The translations under genes and the position numbers were made by a program. Shown in pieces: positions 41,301 through 52,590 of a stretch of 64,000 nt of DNA (positions within the stretch are counted from its first letter, which is position 1; each line of letters opens with the position of its first letter). The notes under the pieces are model-generated. The model was not told where the DNA came from, ran no database searches, and saw nothing but the letters and a program-made list of their open reading frames with translations. The DNA comes from Lingula anatina (Eukaryota > Animalia > Brachiopoda): NCBI GenBank assembly GCA_051362555.1, contig CM120642.1:23064001-23128000 (forward strand), in the 5' to 3' direction.

Positions 41301-44300
41301 ATCATTCACATATTTGTTAATTTGATTACGATTATATTATTATTATCATTATTATTTGGTCCGACATCCTCTTCATCAGTTATATTTACTACTATCCCCA
41401 AAAAGTTTTACGTGCGATACCTATAACCAATGACATTTTTTTAAATTAATTGATCAATTTCTGACAAGTTTTCAATCCCTAAAAAGTATGTGCTTCAAAC
41501 AAGTTCTGGCTACTTCCTACTGTGGCGCCCTCTCTAGTCCAACGGGGAAAAGAAATGATACGTGTTTTTTCCCGAAGTAAAATCATATTTCACATTCTGT
41601 AAAATAAGCAGACCGAAGTTGTAACAGAAATGTTATCAAACATTTGTTTTCGTGCTTTTGACTTTTCTACAATTAAGTAAAAACACTTCCAAACCATCAA
41701 ATCTAATACGTAAATGATTGACAAAATTTCATCCAAATTTATATAATTATATTATGTCAGCGACAATAAGAGGAACGCTAATCGCCCTGTACTGACGCAC
41801 AAATTTTGAGAAACATTTGCATAATTCTGATATGCCCCATTATTTTCTCAACTCCAATATGGAAAAAAATCAACAGTAATTAAAACGTGCTATAAGACAG
41901 CAATGCAATTATTACACGAAACGTGTGAATGACTGACGTTACTCAAATGTTCACTTATTTTTTGTGGGATGACCCACAACAAAAATTTTCAAAATCAGAT
42001 AATAATAATTTTTTAAACACTGACAAATCAACCTCAAAGACGGGCATAAGACTAATGAGACTACAATTGCCTTTATTTTTGTAGATCTTGTTGATCATAC
42101 ATATTATATATAATAATTTAGGGAGACGAAATATGTATGCCTGCAATACAAGTCCACGGTACTGGTATGACGTCATCAAAGGGCCAGAATGAAGACAAAG
42201 ATGAGGACACAATGACGGGCAGCGAGAAGAAAAAGAATTGCGTCCGCCCCCGACCACTTATATTATACTTAACTGAGTATGCCATAGATTCATTTACGTA
42301 ATGATCCGGAAATTCAAGAAGTCTTTTTTCTTAATTTTATTAATGTCCTCCATTTTCTAGCTGGCACACCTACTGAGTTTCTGCATCGTCTATATCCAGC
42401 AATGCCTGGGTCCTATATGTATAATTTTTGCAAATAATCCTCAATAACATCATAAAGATACCCCACCCCACCTCAAGGGACAGCCCAACCCCCAGGAGCA
42501 TATAAATTATGAATGTCTCATCAACATTCCTGATGACAGGTCTATCAATCCCAAAAGTTTTAACTTCCTTGCTCTAATGGTCCAGGAGGAGATAGCTGAA
42601 GTTACAATATAGAAATTTTGAATCATCCACTCCTAGGGACAGCCCTACCCTAAGACGCAACAAAATGCCAATGTGTCCATGCAAATCCCTTATGATTGGT
42701 CTATTATTTCCCTATAAGCTTTAACTTCTTCTCTCCAATGGCCTATGAAGAAATAGCAGAAATTCCCATGAAATAAAGAATTAGAATCATCTGCTCCCAG
42801 GGGAGAGCCCTATGCCAAGGGGCACTAAAATTCTGAAGTGCCGATGTACACCTGTGCTAAAAGGCCAATCCCCAAAGTTTAAATGTCCTCATTTTAACGA
42901 TCTTGGAGAAGTTAGAAGACATCAATATGAAAAGAATTTAGAATCAGCCACCCCCAGGAACAGCTCAACCCCATGTTGCACTAAAATTTTGAAATGCCCA
43001 TTCACACCCCTGATGATAGGTCTACCAATCACTAAAATTTTAACTTCCTACCCCTAATGGTCTAGGAGGAGATGGCGGAAAATACGATCTGAAAAGAATT
43101 TAAAATCAAAACACCCCCAGGGGCAGCCCAGCCCCTGTTGCACTAAATCTCTGAAATGCCCATGAACATCCCTGATGATAGGTCTATCGATGACTTAAGT
43201 TTCAACTTCCTGACTCTAATGGTTTAGGAAGATAATGCGGAAATTTCATTATGAAAAGAATTTAGATAAACCACCCCAGGGACAGCCCAATCCCCAGGCA
43301 CATTAAAATTCTAAAAAACCCATGCACATCCCTTATGACAGGTCACTAAATCTGGAATCTAAGAGGAGATATCGGAAATTATATATTAACGCACAGAAAC
43401 ACTGACTCACGAACGCACTGATGCGCGATTGGGATAACAGAGCAGGATAACACGATACCCGACTTTCGTCCCAAAAGAGAGGGGATGATACATAACAGAC
43501 AGTCACAGAAAGCCATTTTGTCTTCTTTTTTTGCCCAGCGTGTATCGTTTAAGAAATAACATTGCAAAAGCATATTGTCCATCCATCTGTTTAACTTATC
43601 GGTCAGAAGTCATCTTTGGTCTACCCCAAATGTTCACTGGCACAGTTATGATCAAATATCATGGGTGTTGTGGCAGTGAAGAACATGAAGAGAATGTGAA
43701 GTGTCTGACTTGTTGGATAGCATGGTGTATGACTGATAACATGAATGGATGGATATGTGGAAAGGGAAAAGTAAAACGGGTATCTGCAGCGTTAAGATGG
43801 TATGGTTATTCGATAATAATGCTTTATGTGTGTTGGATTAAAATATTACCAGTCCTTTAAACAGTTGGGTTATAATTCAAATACGATGACACATACAATT
43901 CATATTTTTATGTGGAATGTGATTAAGTTGGATGAGTCCGGAAGTACCATTCTCCTAGTTGATGGACACATTCGCCTCGTAAATTCTAAGTAACTTAACA
44001 TTCTTACAGCAAGTGTTACATAATATTTGCTTTTTGAAGATTATATACTAAAAGTTGGTTTTTATTTCAACACCTTGATTCTCAATTTTTCCCAGTATAT
44101 GGCGTGGGTACAGGTCCAGAGAAAGATCGAACGAGGCATCCAAAGCTGCCACGAAAATTCAAAGGTAAGAGTATTCAATGTCTGACTACTTTGAAAAAAT
44201 CGTTTGATACATTGAAACGCTCAGGTGAACATGTTAAAAATGCGTACAAAAAGTTCTTGAATCAATTAATCTTATTGATAGACAATTAATAGTAAAGTAG

Positions 44301-47300
44301 GTTACTTAATAGTGCGGCGAAGTAGGCCTATATACTCTTGAAAAATATCATCCCTTATGCATTTATGCACATTGCTGCAAAGGTGCCCATAGATTTGAAT
44401 TTACAATTGCATAAAATCTAGGCTACCGATCTTCAAATAAATTGAGGATGCGAGTACTATAACATTGACCTACCTAGCGTGACCACTGAAATACCCCGAC
44501 ACCAAATATATTTTAATATGCGGCATCTAAGTGAGAGGAATACATTTTTACCAAGCGGCTGACATAGAAGTTAGTTTTGACACTCCGAATGGCCAAAAGG
44601 TCGGGTTGTTCCATGAGAATCATTCAGAAGGTTAGACAACATCTTAACAAAAGAGGCACATAAGCAAAATTGTCTGGTTAAAGCCGACAGAAGGAAATCA
44701 CACATAGAGAAGAGAGAATGTTAACACGACTTCCTCGTAGAAAACGTTCCATGACATGTCGGGACCTGACTGCAGCATTGAACGAGAATAGGGCAAACCG
44801 TGTTTCTGAGTTTACTGGCTGAAGACGTCTGCACAACCGCCGTTATTTTGGCAGGGTTGTTGTTAGGAGACCAGTGATCGCCGTTCTACGCAGAGTTGGA
44901 TGCTATACCAGAATGTATGGATACCAGCCAACAACTGGACAATGATACAGTTCTCAGATGAAAGCAAATTCAGCGTTGTCAGAAGTGACAGAGGAGAACA
45001 CAGAGGCGAAATGATATTTGAAACAAATTCAAAGATGTCGAAACCTGATACAGTAACCCTTTAACAGTAATTGACTAGACCATAATATTTCTTAATAGAT
45101 CTAATTTTTCCTTTAACTCTAACTAACTGTAGAAATTGCACTGACATCTGCTTCTTCAGTTCGGGACACATCCAATAAAGTGCGTGAACCGCCATTTAAT
45201 GAACATCTCGGCTTACCTGGATTGATTACTACGTGGACCCATGGGAAATCATATTACACACGAATTTTGATATAAATGGCACATATCCATCTTATCTTAA
45301 TAAATAATTCAGAGGAGACGTATGATATCTGTACCTTGATGAACTTCTAAAAAGCTAAGGTGGCAGACGTTTTTAGGGTCGCTGATGATGATTTGTCTGT
45401 TAGTCTTTTGCAATTTGGTTTTGGAACTTACGGTGACCCGAAAAGAATTCAGTGTATCTTGAGATTTTATGAGGATTTTATTGAACGTGGAAGTTAATTC
45501 TTGAAGGTGCTGATACCACACGAGATGTCCACCAGTTAATTTATGAGAGTTATGCTAGCATACTGGTAGGAATGAAACAACGCTCCAAAGGAACAGCACA
45601 ATGTGAACAGAGGTTTGGGACAAATGAATTGCCCATTCTGAGACATATGGTGTCATTCCTGTTTGGTAAAATTCACAAAGATTCACAAAGATTTTGAATT
45701 TGATTGTGGTATAAACTGATGCATATTTTGGGCATTATATACAAACGATGGGATTGAGTACAGTGGTGGGATGAAAAGTTGAATATGGTGATCTAATGCG
45801 ACGTATCTAAACCAGGGCATGGTCCATTAATCATTTTCTAACTAAAAGCCATTAGTTGCACCTTAAAGCATTAAGGGCGCTTATGTATTTGATACCTGGC
45901 CTTAACAACATGTCGTTTAGATACGTCACGTGCATATGCTGCGGTCATAGAAATAGAATCCTTGTCGATAAAAATGGAGACAAGATCTCTTACACGCCGA
46001 TGTTGCATACATGTAATAGAGCATATCACGTTTTTAAACTGAAGGAGAACAGGCAGGATTATTCAGGACGCCCAAAGTATGCAAACGACACCTCTGTTGA
46101 TGTTTCCCAAAGTGGAAGGATGGAAGGAAAAAACTGGACATCAGGAAAAATGCTTAACACATTATCAAGACTCCCTAGGTGTGATGATAAAAAACTGAAC
46201 GACAGTCACACTACTTTGGCAATGTACGTTGGTCGAACTTTTCTGTCATCAAACCCAAAAAAGTATTTACTAAAATGATAAATTATGGCAAAATTATTGC
46301 TAAGAAAAAATTGATGTTCCGATGTACGAAAGTGAAAAAAAAAAAAAAAAACAAGTAGGCTTTTGTTTCATGGTGATGGACCCGTTATCAAACTAAAGTT
46401 TCTTTTTTTTTAATTTCAGAATGTATAGAAGGAGACTTTCCAATCAACAGCTGAGCGAAACATTAGAAAAGAGACACGAAAAAAGAGAAAATCGCAGCAG
46501 GCAATGGAAAGAAGAAGGAAAATTAAAACGTGTCGACTGGAGCGAAGAAATAAAAATAGGTAAGACAATTTATGTTGGTTTTATATGCCTCGCGTTTTGA
46601 TAAAGGGATATTTTACAGGATAAAATATCCTGAAAAAAAAAACATCAGTACCAAATGGGCACCAGTTGATTAATATTTTCACACAGGAGTTGTGGGGAAG
46701 TAAGGGTGAAATTCTGACTTATATAGAATGCTCAGAAGGAAAAAGAAGATGAAGGCCACGGATAATCTACTTGGAGAGTTTCAATAAAAGAGTGATGAAA
46801 CAAATACCAGATAGAAATAAAAAAGAATAAGAAATATTTAAAACAAAATAGGACAGGAAATAGAGGAGAATGTAATTTTTGTTAAGGGGGAATGCGTTTG
46901 CAATCTCCCTGAAAAGTCAAACGTCAGCAAGATCCCATTTTAGTTCATTGCTTCTTAAAACTGAAATGGTTGTGGGATCTTAAATGACATGATTACTGAT
47001 TAGAAGAATACTTAACCTTTTTTTGCTGTTGTTAGAAAAACTAAGTACTTGGCAAATAGTAGTTTTATAGTAAGTTTTATTGTAAGGGGAGATTCCGGCG
47101 GCACTGTAATTCCGAAACCTATGAAATATGTTATGAAGAATTTAAAATGATAGATGTATAAACTGACCAATGTATTTAGAGGGGTATATCACTGCGAGAC
47201 AGTGAATGTGAAATCTCTGCTGAAAATAACACTGGTGGCACGTGGTACGTAATCATGGGGCTCCATAACTCGGCAGCATCACAAATTGCGACCGAGCGCA

Positions 47301-50300
47301 AGCATGGCGATTCGTCGCTATTGCATAACTCGAAAGCATCCAATTTGCGACCGAGCACTAATAGTGATATCACCTTTAGTTTCAAGTTAGCATCCGTTTT
47401 CCACTTTCTGAACTTGAAAATTGTTTACTTGTCCTTGCTACAACCAGATACATATGATAGTGGCATTGCATTGCAAAATAAATAAACACAAAATAAACGC
47501 ATTTTGTGTTTTAGGTGAACAAACCGAAGAAGAACTGAATTCATTTCAAGATGATATCATAGATGTAAAATGGTTCGCAGAGCAGACTTTAGAGGCAAAT
47601 TCCATTGGTTACAGCGTAGAAAAAGAAAAGGAACTGAAAAAATGCGGAAAACTGAAGAGAGAAGATCGCTCGCAGCTTATTTCACGGACGATAAGACCGA
47701 GGATTTTGGTAATTGCTTACAACATGTTTATGGGTCATGAATTCCTTTTTGTTTGAAGCCCAGAGGATTTATGACGAACAGTAGCATCTCTTTGATTCCT
47801 TGTCTGCATTAAAAGGTTTGATTTTCCAGAAATTGTAAAACAAAGCATATTTGATTACCATAATGAATATTCAACAAGTAATGCATTCTTTTACATTCTA
47901 GTTTCAGCCATTTTGTGTTACTACCTGCTACGTTGCTTTTTTTTTTTAAATAACATAAGGCTTTTATTGAAAATGAATATCAAAACTGTGAAAATAATTT
48001 CCAAAATTTTTAAATCAGTGGTATTCTGTTTGTTGGTGATTAGCAAATATTTTGATTCCGATTTTCAGTTAGTGTCTTCCAATGTTCAAAAAGCTGAACA
48101 GTTGATCAAGCATGTGGTGAAAAAGGAAAGCCACATCATTACTATAGCCTATGTAAGTAAAATATTATAATTCATTGCTCGTCTTTATGCTATGCACTGG
48201 CCGTCAATAAAGAATGTTCTAGGGAGTTTTTTTTATGTAATTTATTATCAAAGTAACACACATAAGAAAGTTGTGACTGTATAACAGTGTCACTACAAAG
48301 GGTGCTTTTCCAGAGATTTAAATCGATCTAAAGATTAAGTTTTAGATCGACCTAACTCCCTGGGGGTTCAGGCTAAATTGCAGTCAGCCGAGCGGACACC
48401 ATAGTTAATTACCCCCTTACAGCTTTTAGTAGGCGGGACAGACGCTTAAGCCGGACAAGCTGACAGTAATCTAGTGAGACTCCCCACAGGGATAGATCGA
48501 TCTAAAAATCTATGGAAATGGGGTGTAAGACATTCAAATGTAGTGACTTCCTGAAGGCTGACAAGGGGGCATTTTACCATATTTCACATGTCTACCATAT
48601 ATATACCCACTGACTGACAAAATTTAGAAGAAGAAACGTTGGTAACCATCATATCACAGAATAAGTAGGTTATAAAGGTGGCATTTAACGGAGCAATCCG
48701 TGCAGAGGGTTACCATGCCATACCCTACACATGCTGCTAATAAAATTTGCAAGACAAGTGGACATTTTGGCCAAATTTTACATGTCTACCATATGTACCC
48801 AATGACTGACAAATTTAGAAACACTACCAATGACAACTAATCACTTCAATGAAGAAACCCTAAAAACAAATCTATTTCCATAGCTGCTAAAAAGTTTAGG
48901 TTTTACTGGAACGTACTTATTGACGGTCAGTATATGTATTTTCTTACTTGCTTTATTTTCTTACTAATTGATTAACAGCATGAATTCTATAAACACGATT
49001 GAGACGTGACAATTAATGCGAATTATATCCATTTAATCAGTTTAATCTTGGACAATTAATCTGTTTCATTTGTCCATGGTTTATGTATGGAAGAACGCTC
49101 TGTTAACTGGGCATGGAAGTAATAACCGTCCATCTAAAACTTTTCATAGCTAGGCTTTAATTGGTAAAATCCTTAAGGCTTTGTACATGTAGACAGTTGT
49201 GTGTTCATGAATTTCGTAACATTTTCTGTGCTATATAAGCCATATCTTTCAAACACTTCAACAATTTCTGAGCCCAGTTTCACATGAAATCGGCATTAAA
49301 GTTCCATTTCGTTTTTTTTTTTCAGGATTTTGAAAAGACATCATTTCCGAAACTAGCAGGTAATAATATTCTGTGCGATCTACCTGAAGGTTAATTTGCA
49401 ATTAGAATAAGTCGAGGTATCTTTAGAGTATATCGGATTCTAATTTCAAGAAAAAATTGGAAGATTTGGTCAAATAACAAGCAGTTTTATGAAACGAGTG
49501 AAAAGATTTTCCCAAATATTGTCGTTTTTTTCTTGTATAATGTTATATCACGCACGTTGTCACAAGAGAAAATATATATATATATATATTTATAGAAAAA
49601 CCGTAGGTAGTTTGGCCATGGTGTGCAAGTACTTTATCCCTATGCCTTTTATCTCGACAGAATCTTTTTTCTTTCAGAAAAGATCGAAAAACGACTAAAT
49701 GAATATAAACAAGGAAGCAAAGCTGAGTCTATTGCATTTTACTGCCAGGTAGGTTATTCTTGAGATATCACAAATTAAACGACACGTTGCTGTATTTGAA
49801 GTTTTTCCCTCAGTAAAACCATTCTGCAGTCAAGCATCACCATTCATTTGTCGCGTAATCCTGACAAAGTTCCATACGATCTGATGACAGTTGTATCTAT
49901 CATATTAAAATCCTTCACTAAAAAGCAAAGATTCTCACAAGCAAGAACTCTTTCAGTACTACTACAGTCAGATTTATGTTTTTCGGAATTTTCCAAATTC
50001 TGACGTTCTTAAACTCTTAATCCGATTTACAATTATATTTGATCCATTATCTCTTTTACTTGAGGTAGCAAAAAGCTGCTGCTGATGGGGTGTCTTTGCC
50101 CTGATTTTGCTGCATAATACTTAAATGAAAAATGGTCTTCTGTTTTTTTCTCAGGGAGGTCCTGGCCACGCCTACATACTAAAGAAAAGGGTGCTCACTC
50201 CAGCTAAGTTGCATAAGCCGGGAGAAGAGGACATGGAAAAGTAAGAGTAGGGGGCTGCTTCAGACAGTCAAATTTTCACTCGTTTGTCAAAGCTTATAGA

Positions 50301-51574
50301 AATAGACCAAGTGTAACTGGAATGGTATAAGGTGTTATCAAATCTTGTTTAAGTAGAGGGTGCAACGCCATTTTATAATGAGTTAAAGTTGAAGATCACC
50401 AGTTTTGAATGATGAAAAACAACGTGACCATCAAAAACCGTCAGTATTGGCTCCTTAGTGTTCTTTTCATTTGATATTGCACCAACAAATTAGGCAAGAG
50501 TGTAAACCAAGATCTGTCCGCACTTATAAATTCTCTTTATGATCACGCGTAACACAAGGGAGCTGCGGACCTGTTGTGAAAAGAACACGCAGTACCAACG
50601 TCACAGTACTATCGTCTTATTTATGATTCCTCGTATTTAAACTATGGCCTGTTAAAGTCAATAACCAGGAGTCTCATCACCTAAACACAGGCTTGGAAGA
50701 GCGACCTCATATTTTACTAATCAAAAAGTAATGATTTTAGGTTTTTCTCCTCGATCGGCCCTTTGATGACTAAATGCCCGGCAGAGGACGCTGTGGTGTA
50801 CTTCATGGGTTTTTGGCTCCATGGAAATAAACAAGGAGAAAAGGTGAATGAAAGAATTAAGGCAAAAACTGTAACATCAAACGCAACCATTCTGGTGTTT
50901 CACGGGTTTATTTAACAGTTTGCTATTGTAAAATTTACGTTATTCTTTGTTTATTACTAATACTTTAGATGTTTCTCCGTTTTACAGCATTACAAAAGTC
51001 TTTTCCCCGAAGGAAAGAAGTAAATGCTCCCACAACGTTCTTTCTGTCTTTATATTTCACGGAGATGTTTCGTTAAATTTCATTTTCATTTAATTTCCTG
51101 GGTCACAACAGAGATAAATTTGCATATTTTATTTCAGTTATGTAAGTCTTTAACGGAACTCATGAAGCCGAATATGGTGAGATTTGAAGCTCCGTTGGAG
51201 ATGTCAAGGGAAGGTATGTTTGACTTAAATGCATTTGTATTTTCTTAAAGAAAAGAACCCATTTACGCCTCAGTTATCTGTCAGACAATTTTAATCAGAT
51301 TTAAGTTCCACCAAGGAGTTGTATCTAATACGACTCGTTGATTCAACTATGCCTTCGTCGTCATCGAAATCTTTATAATTTAAACTCTTTGGTACTGTCT
51401 TTTACCATCATTGTAAAAAGTATTTTATTGTTTGTTTTAGGTGCGGAGATGCTTTCGGCGTATTTCCATGTGGACCGTTACAAGCTTTGGAAATCTCAAC
51501 AGCACCTAAGTATGGAGATAGACTGGAGAAAAGTGGAGCCGGATGTTAATATACAGAACGGGTCGTTGAAATGA
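38317..51574 (+). CDS. NSMF: NSMF / Jacob / NELF homologue (NMDA receptor synaptonuclear signalling and neuronal migration factor-like), 13 coding exons, ~389 aa
   Basis: Exons: 38317-38354, 39124-39176, 39786-39873, 44096-44164, 46420-46559, 47515-47708, 48069-48152, 49326-49359, 49678-49748, 50155-50240, 50741-50843, 51138-51213, 51441-51574. All GT-AG with consistent phase, 1170 nt in total. The N-terminus is MGSGAS (Kozak GCCAACATGG). The IQ region is AVLKIQSIWRGYRSR..AATKIQRMYRRRL. The C-terminal domain PRILLVSSNVQKAE..IITIAYDFEKTSF..EKIEKRLNEYKQGSK..FYCQGGPGHAYILKKRV..EEDMEKFF..VYFMG..GNKQGEKL..LMKPNMVRFEAPLEMSREGAEMLSAYF..RYKLWKSQQH is colinear with human NSMF (PKVMLISSKVPKAE..IFCQGGPGHLYLLKNKV..FESPLELSAQGKQMIETYF..YRLWKSRQH). 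The three small 5' exons are less certain than exons 7-13. Confidence 0.9.
38480..38735. mobile_element. 256-bp MITE, ~60-bp TIRs, TAA TSD (PIF/Harbinger-like)
   Basis: GGCCCCATTCCCATAGGCACCATCGGTCTACGTGGATCAACCCAACTATACGGGG is mirrored by CCCCGAGAGTTGGATCGATCCACGCAGAATGATGGTGTCTTTGGGAATGGGATC. TAA lies at 38477-38479 and 38736-38738. Related copies are at 16250 and 60389. Confidence 0.85.
41179..41280 (+). other. Candidate orphan or alternative first coding exon inside NSMF intron 3
   Basis: GCAATGGCGG start context, 34 open GC-rich codons MAEDVEVLAAVYGDSVAQLDACDKDIHVMFELLQ, and a strong donor CAG|GTATGG. The other two frames contain stops. Confidence 0.4.
42440..43490. mobile_element. Helentron/HINE-like element with ~6 diverged ~160-bp tandem units
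   Basis: CCCCAGGG.CAGCCC..CACTAAAATT.TGAAATGCCCAT..CCTGATGATAGGTCTA..TTTAACTTCCT..CTAATGGTCTAGGAGGAGAT recurs about every 160 bp from ~42460 to ~43380. It is followed by an ACGC/ACTG microsatellite-like tract and an imperfect terminal hairpin at ~43455-43490. Confidence 0.75.
44586..44995 (+). pseudogene. Decayed Tc1/mariner transposase fragment
   Basis: The frame from 44589 reads MAKRSGCSMRIIQKVRQHLNKRGT*AKLSG*SRQKEITHREERMLTRLPRRKRSMTCRDLTAALNENRANRVSEFTG*RRLHNRRYFGRVVVRRPVI, which fits the paired HTH domains of Tc1. After a frameshift it continues NNWTMIQFSDESKFSVVRSDR, matching the first catalytic Asp motif W..V.FSDESKF. Confidence 0.8.
47177..47378. mobile_element. Short MITE with internal direct repeat
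   Basis: Ends TAGAGGGGTATATCACTG / TAGTGATATCACCTTTA are imperfect inverted repeats. CATAACTCG..AGCATC.CAA.TTGCGACCGAGC occurs twice inside. Confidence 0.55.
48300..48525. mobile_element. 226-bp MITE, copy 2 (inverted relative to 20830-21055)
   Basis: The reverse complement aligns end to end with 20830-21055, with about 10 substitutions by eye. Confidence 0.85.
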
Positions 51575-52590
51575 CAGTTTAGAGAAACCATAAGTAGAAG
51601 CGATTGTGACTCTCATATACAAAATATGTGCAAACGAGTTTATTGCAGCTGATGGGCCAGAGTCATCTGGTGATTGTGTACATTGGCAGTGTTTTGGACA
51701 TGAGGTATTAATCCCACCGCCTACATCGCTATCGGTTGTGTCTAAAACTATAGAGTCCGGATATATGTCAACACTAATTGTTACGTAAACTATTTTTATC
51801 AAAAAATTTTGCTGCACTAATCTTTGTTCAGTTATATACCCCTGTGTCATTTTATGTGATTTTTCTGTAGTGCCCGTGTTTATAAACAACTGTCAGCTAC
51901 CCGTATAAAACAATCAGTCAGTTGACCAAGTTTCGTTTAACCCTTTACCATAATCTCTGTGCCTTGGTATTCTGTTATGATGGTCTTATGATGGTCGTAC
52001 CCTACACGCATGCAACTCTGTTAAAACCACTGCATTCTATATGATTCTTCGGTAAAAAATATACATATTTTGAAAACAAATGCAATGTAGTTATGTCAAT
52101 AAACTACTTGTGAATATACATGTACCCACAGTTAGCGTATCGTATTTGATTCTGCTTTCAAATTTCAAATTTGAGTTAATTAAAACAAACAAAAAAGACT
52201 AAACGACGCCAGCAGAAGAACGGTAGAATTTTAAGTTAGCACTGATTTCGATACGATGTAAATGTTTCAAAAACGATACGTATTCATGAATCGTCTTCTC
52301 ATGCCATCAAGACTGACCAACGAACATATGCTGTGTATACAGCAAAAAGTCGAGGACATTCAAGATTGAACTTAAACCAGTACTTTTGTTGAAAACGATC
52401 CGAGGCGATCTATATTTCCTATTTAGGTAGCGGTGGACTGTGGAAATGGAAGCGGAGGTAATCCCACCTGAGGACACTTATGTTTGCTACACTATCGGGG
52501 AGGATGAGCGCCCTGGACTTTTTGTTATCTGTTACGTAATGTTATCACCAAACAAGAAAAGTTATACCTTTTATATGACAAAGCCAATTT

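Noticed and set aside
42168-42300. Purine-rich mini-ORF MTSSKGQNEDKDEDT... with a CRE site, as an alternative NSMF first exon
   Set aside because: The donor is weak (GTAATG), the splice would destroy the first IQ motif, and there is no homology. It cannot be supported without transcripts.
42460-43380. Regularly spaced repeats as a possible CRISPR array
   Set aside because: The whole unit is repeated and diverged, with no unique spacers or cas genes, in a eukaryotic intron.
44104-44289. ORF MGTGPEKDRTRHPK... from the track
   Set aside because: Wrong frame. The exon reads IWRGYRSR..AATKIQ in the frame consistent with its neighbours.
45309-46278. ORFs 45309..45521 and 45856..46278 as integrase or transposase remnants (GGHL, SGRPK)
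   Set aside because: Only isolated short motifs match, with no extended pattern.
52427-52470. Possible alternative NSMF last exon (GSGGLWKWKRR*)
   Set aside because: The acceptor-like sequence lies in the SLC5 3' region, and exon 51441-51574 already supplies the conserved C-terminus.
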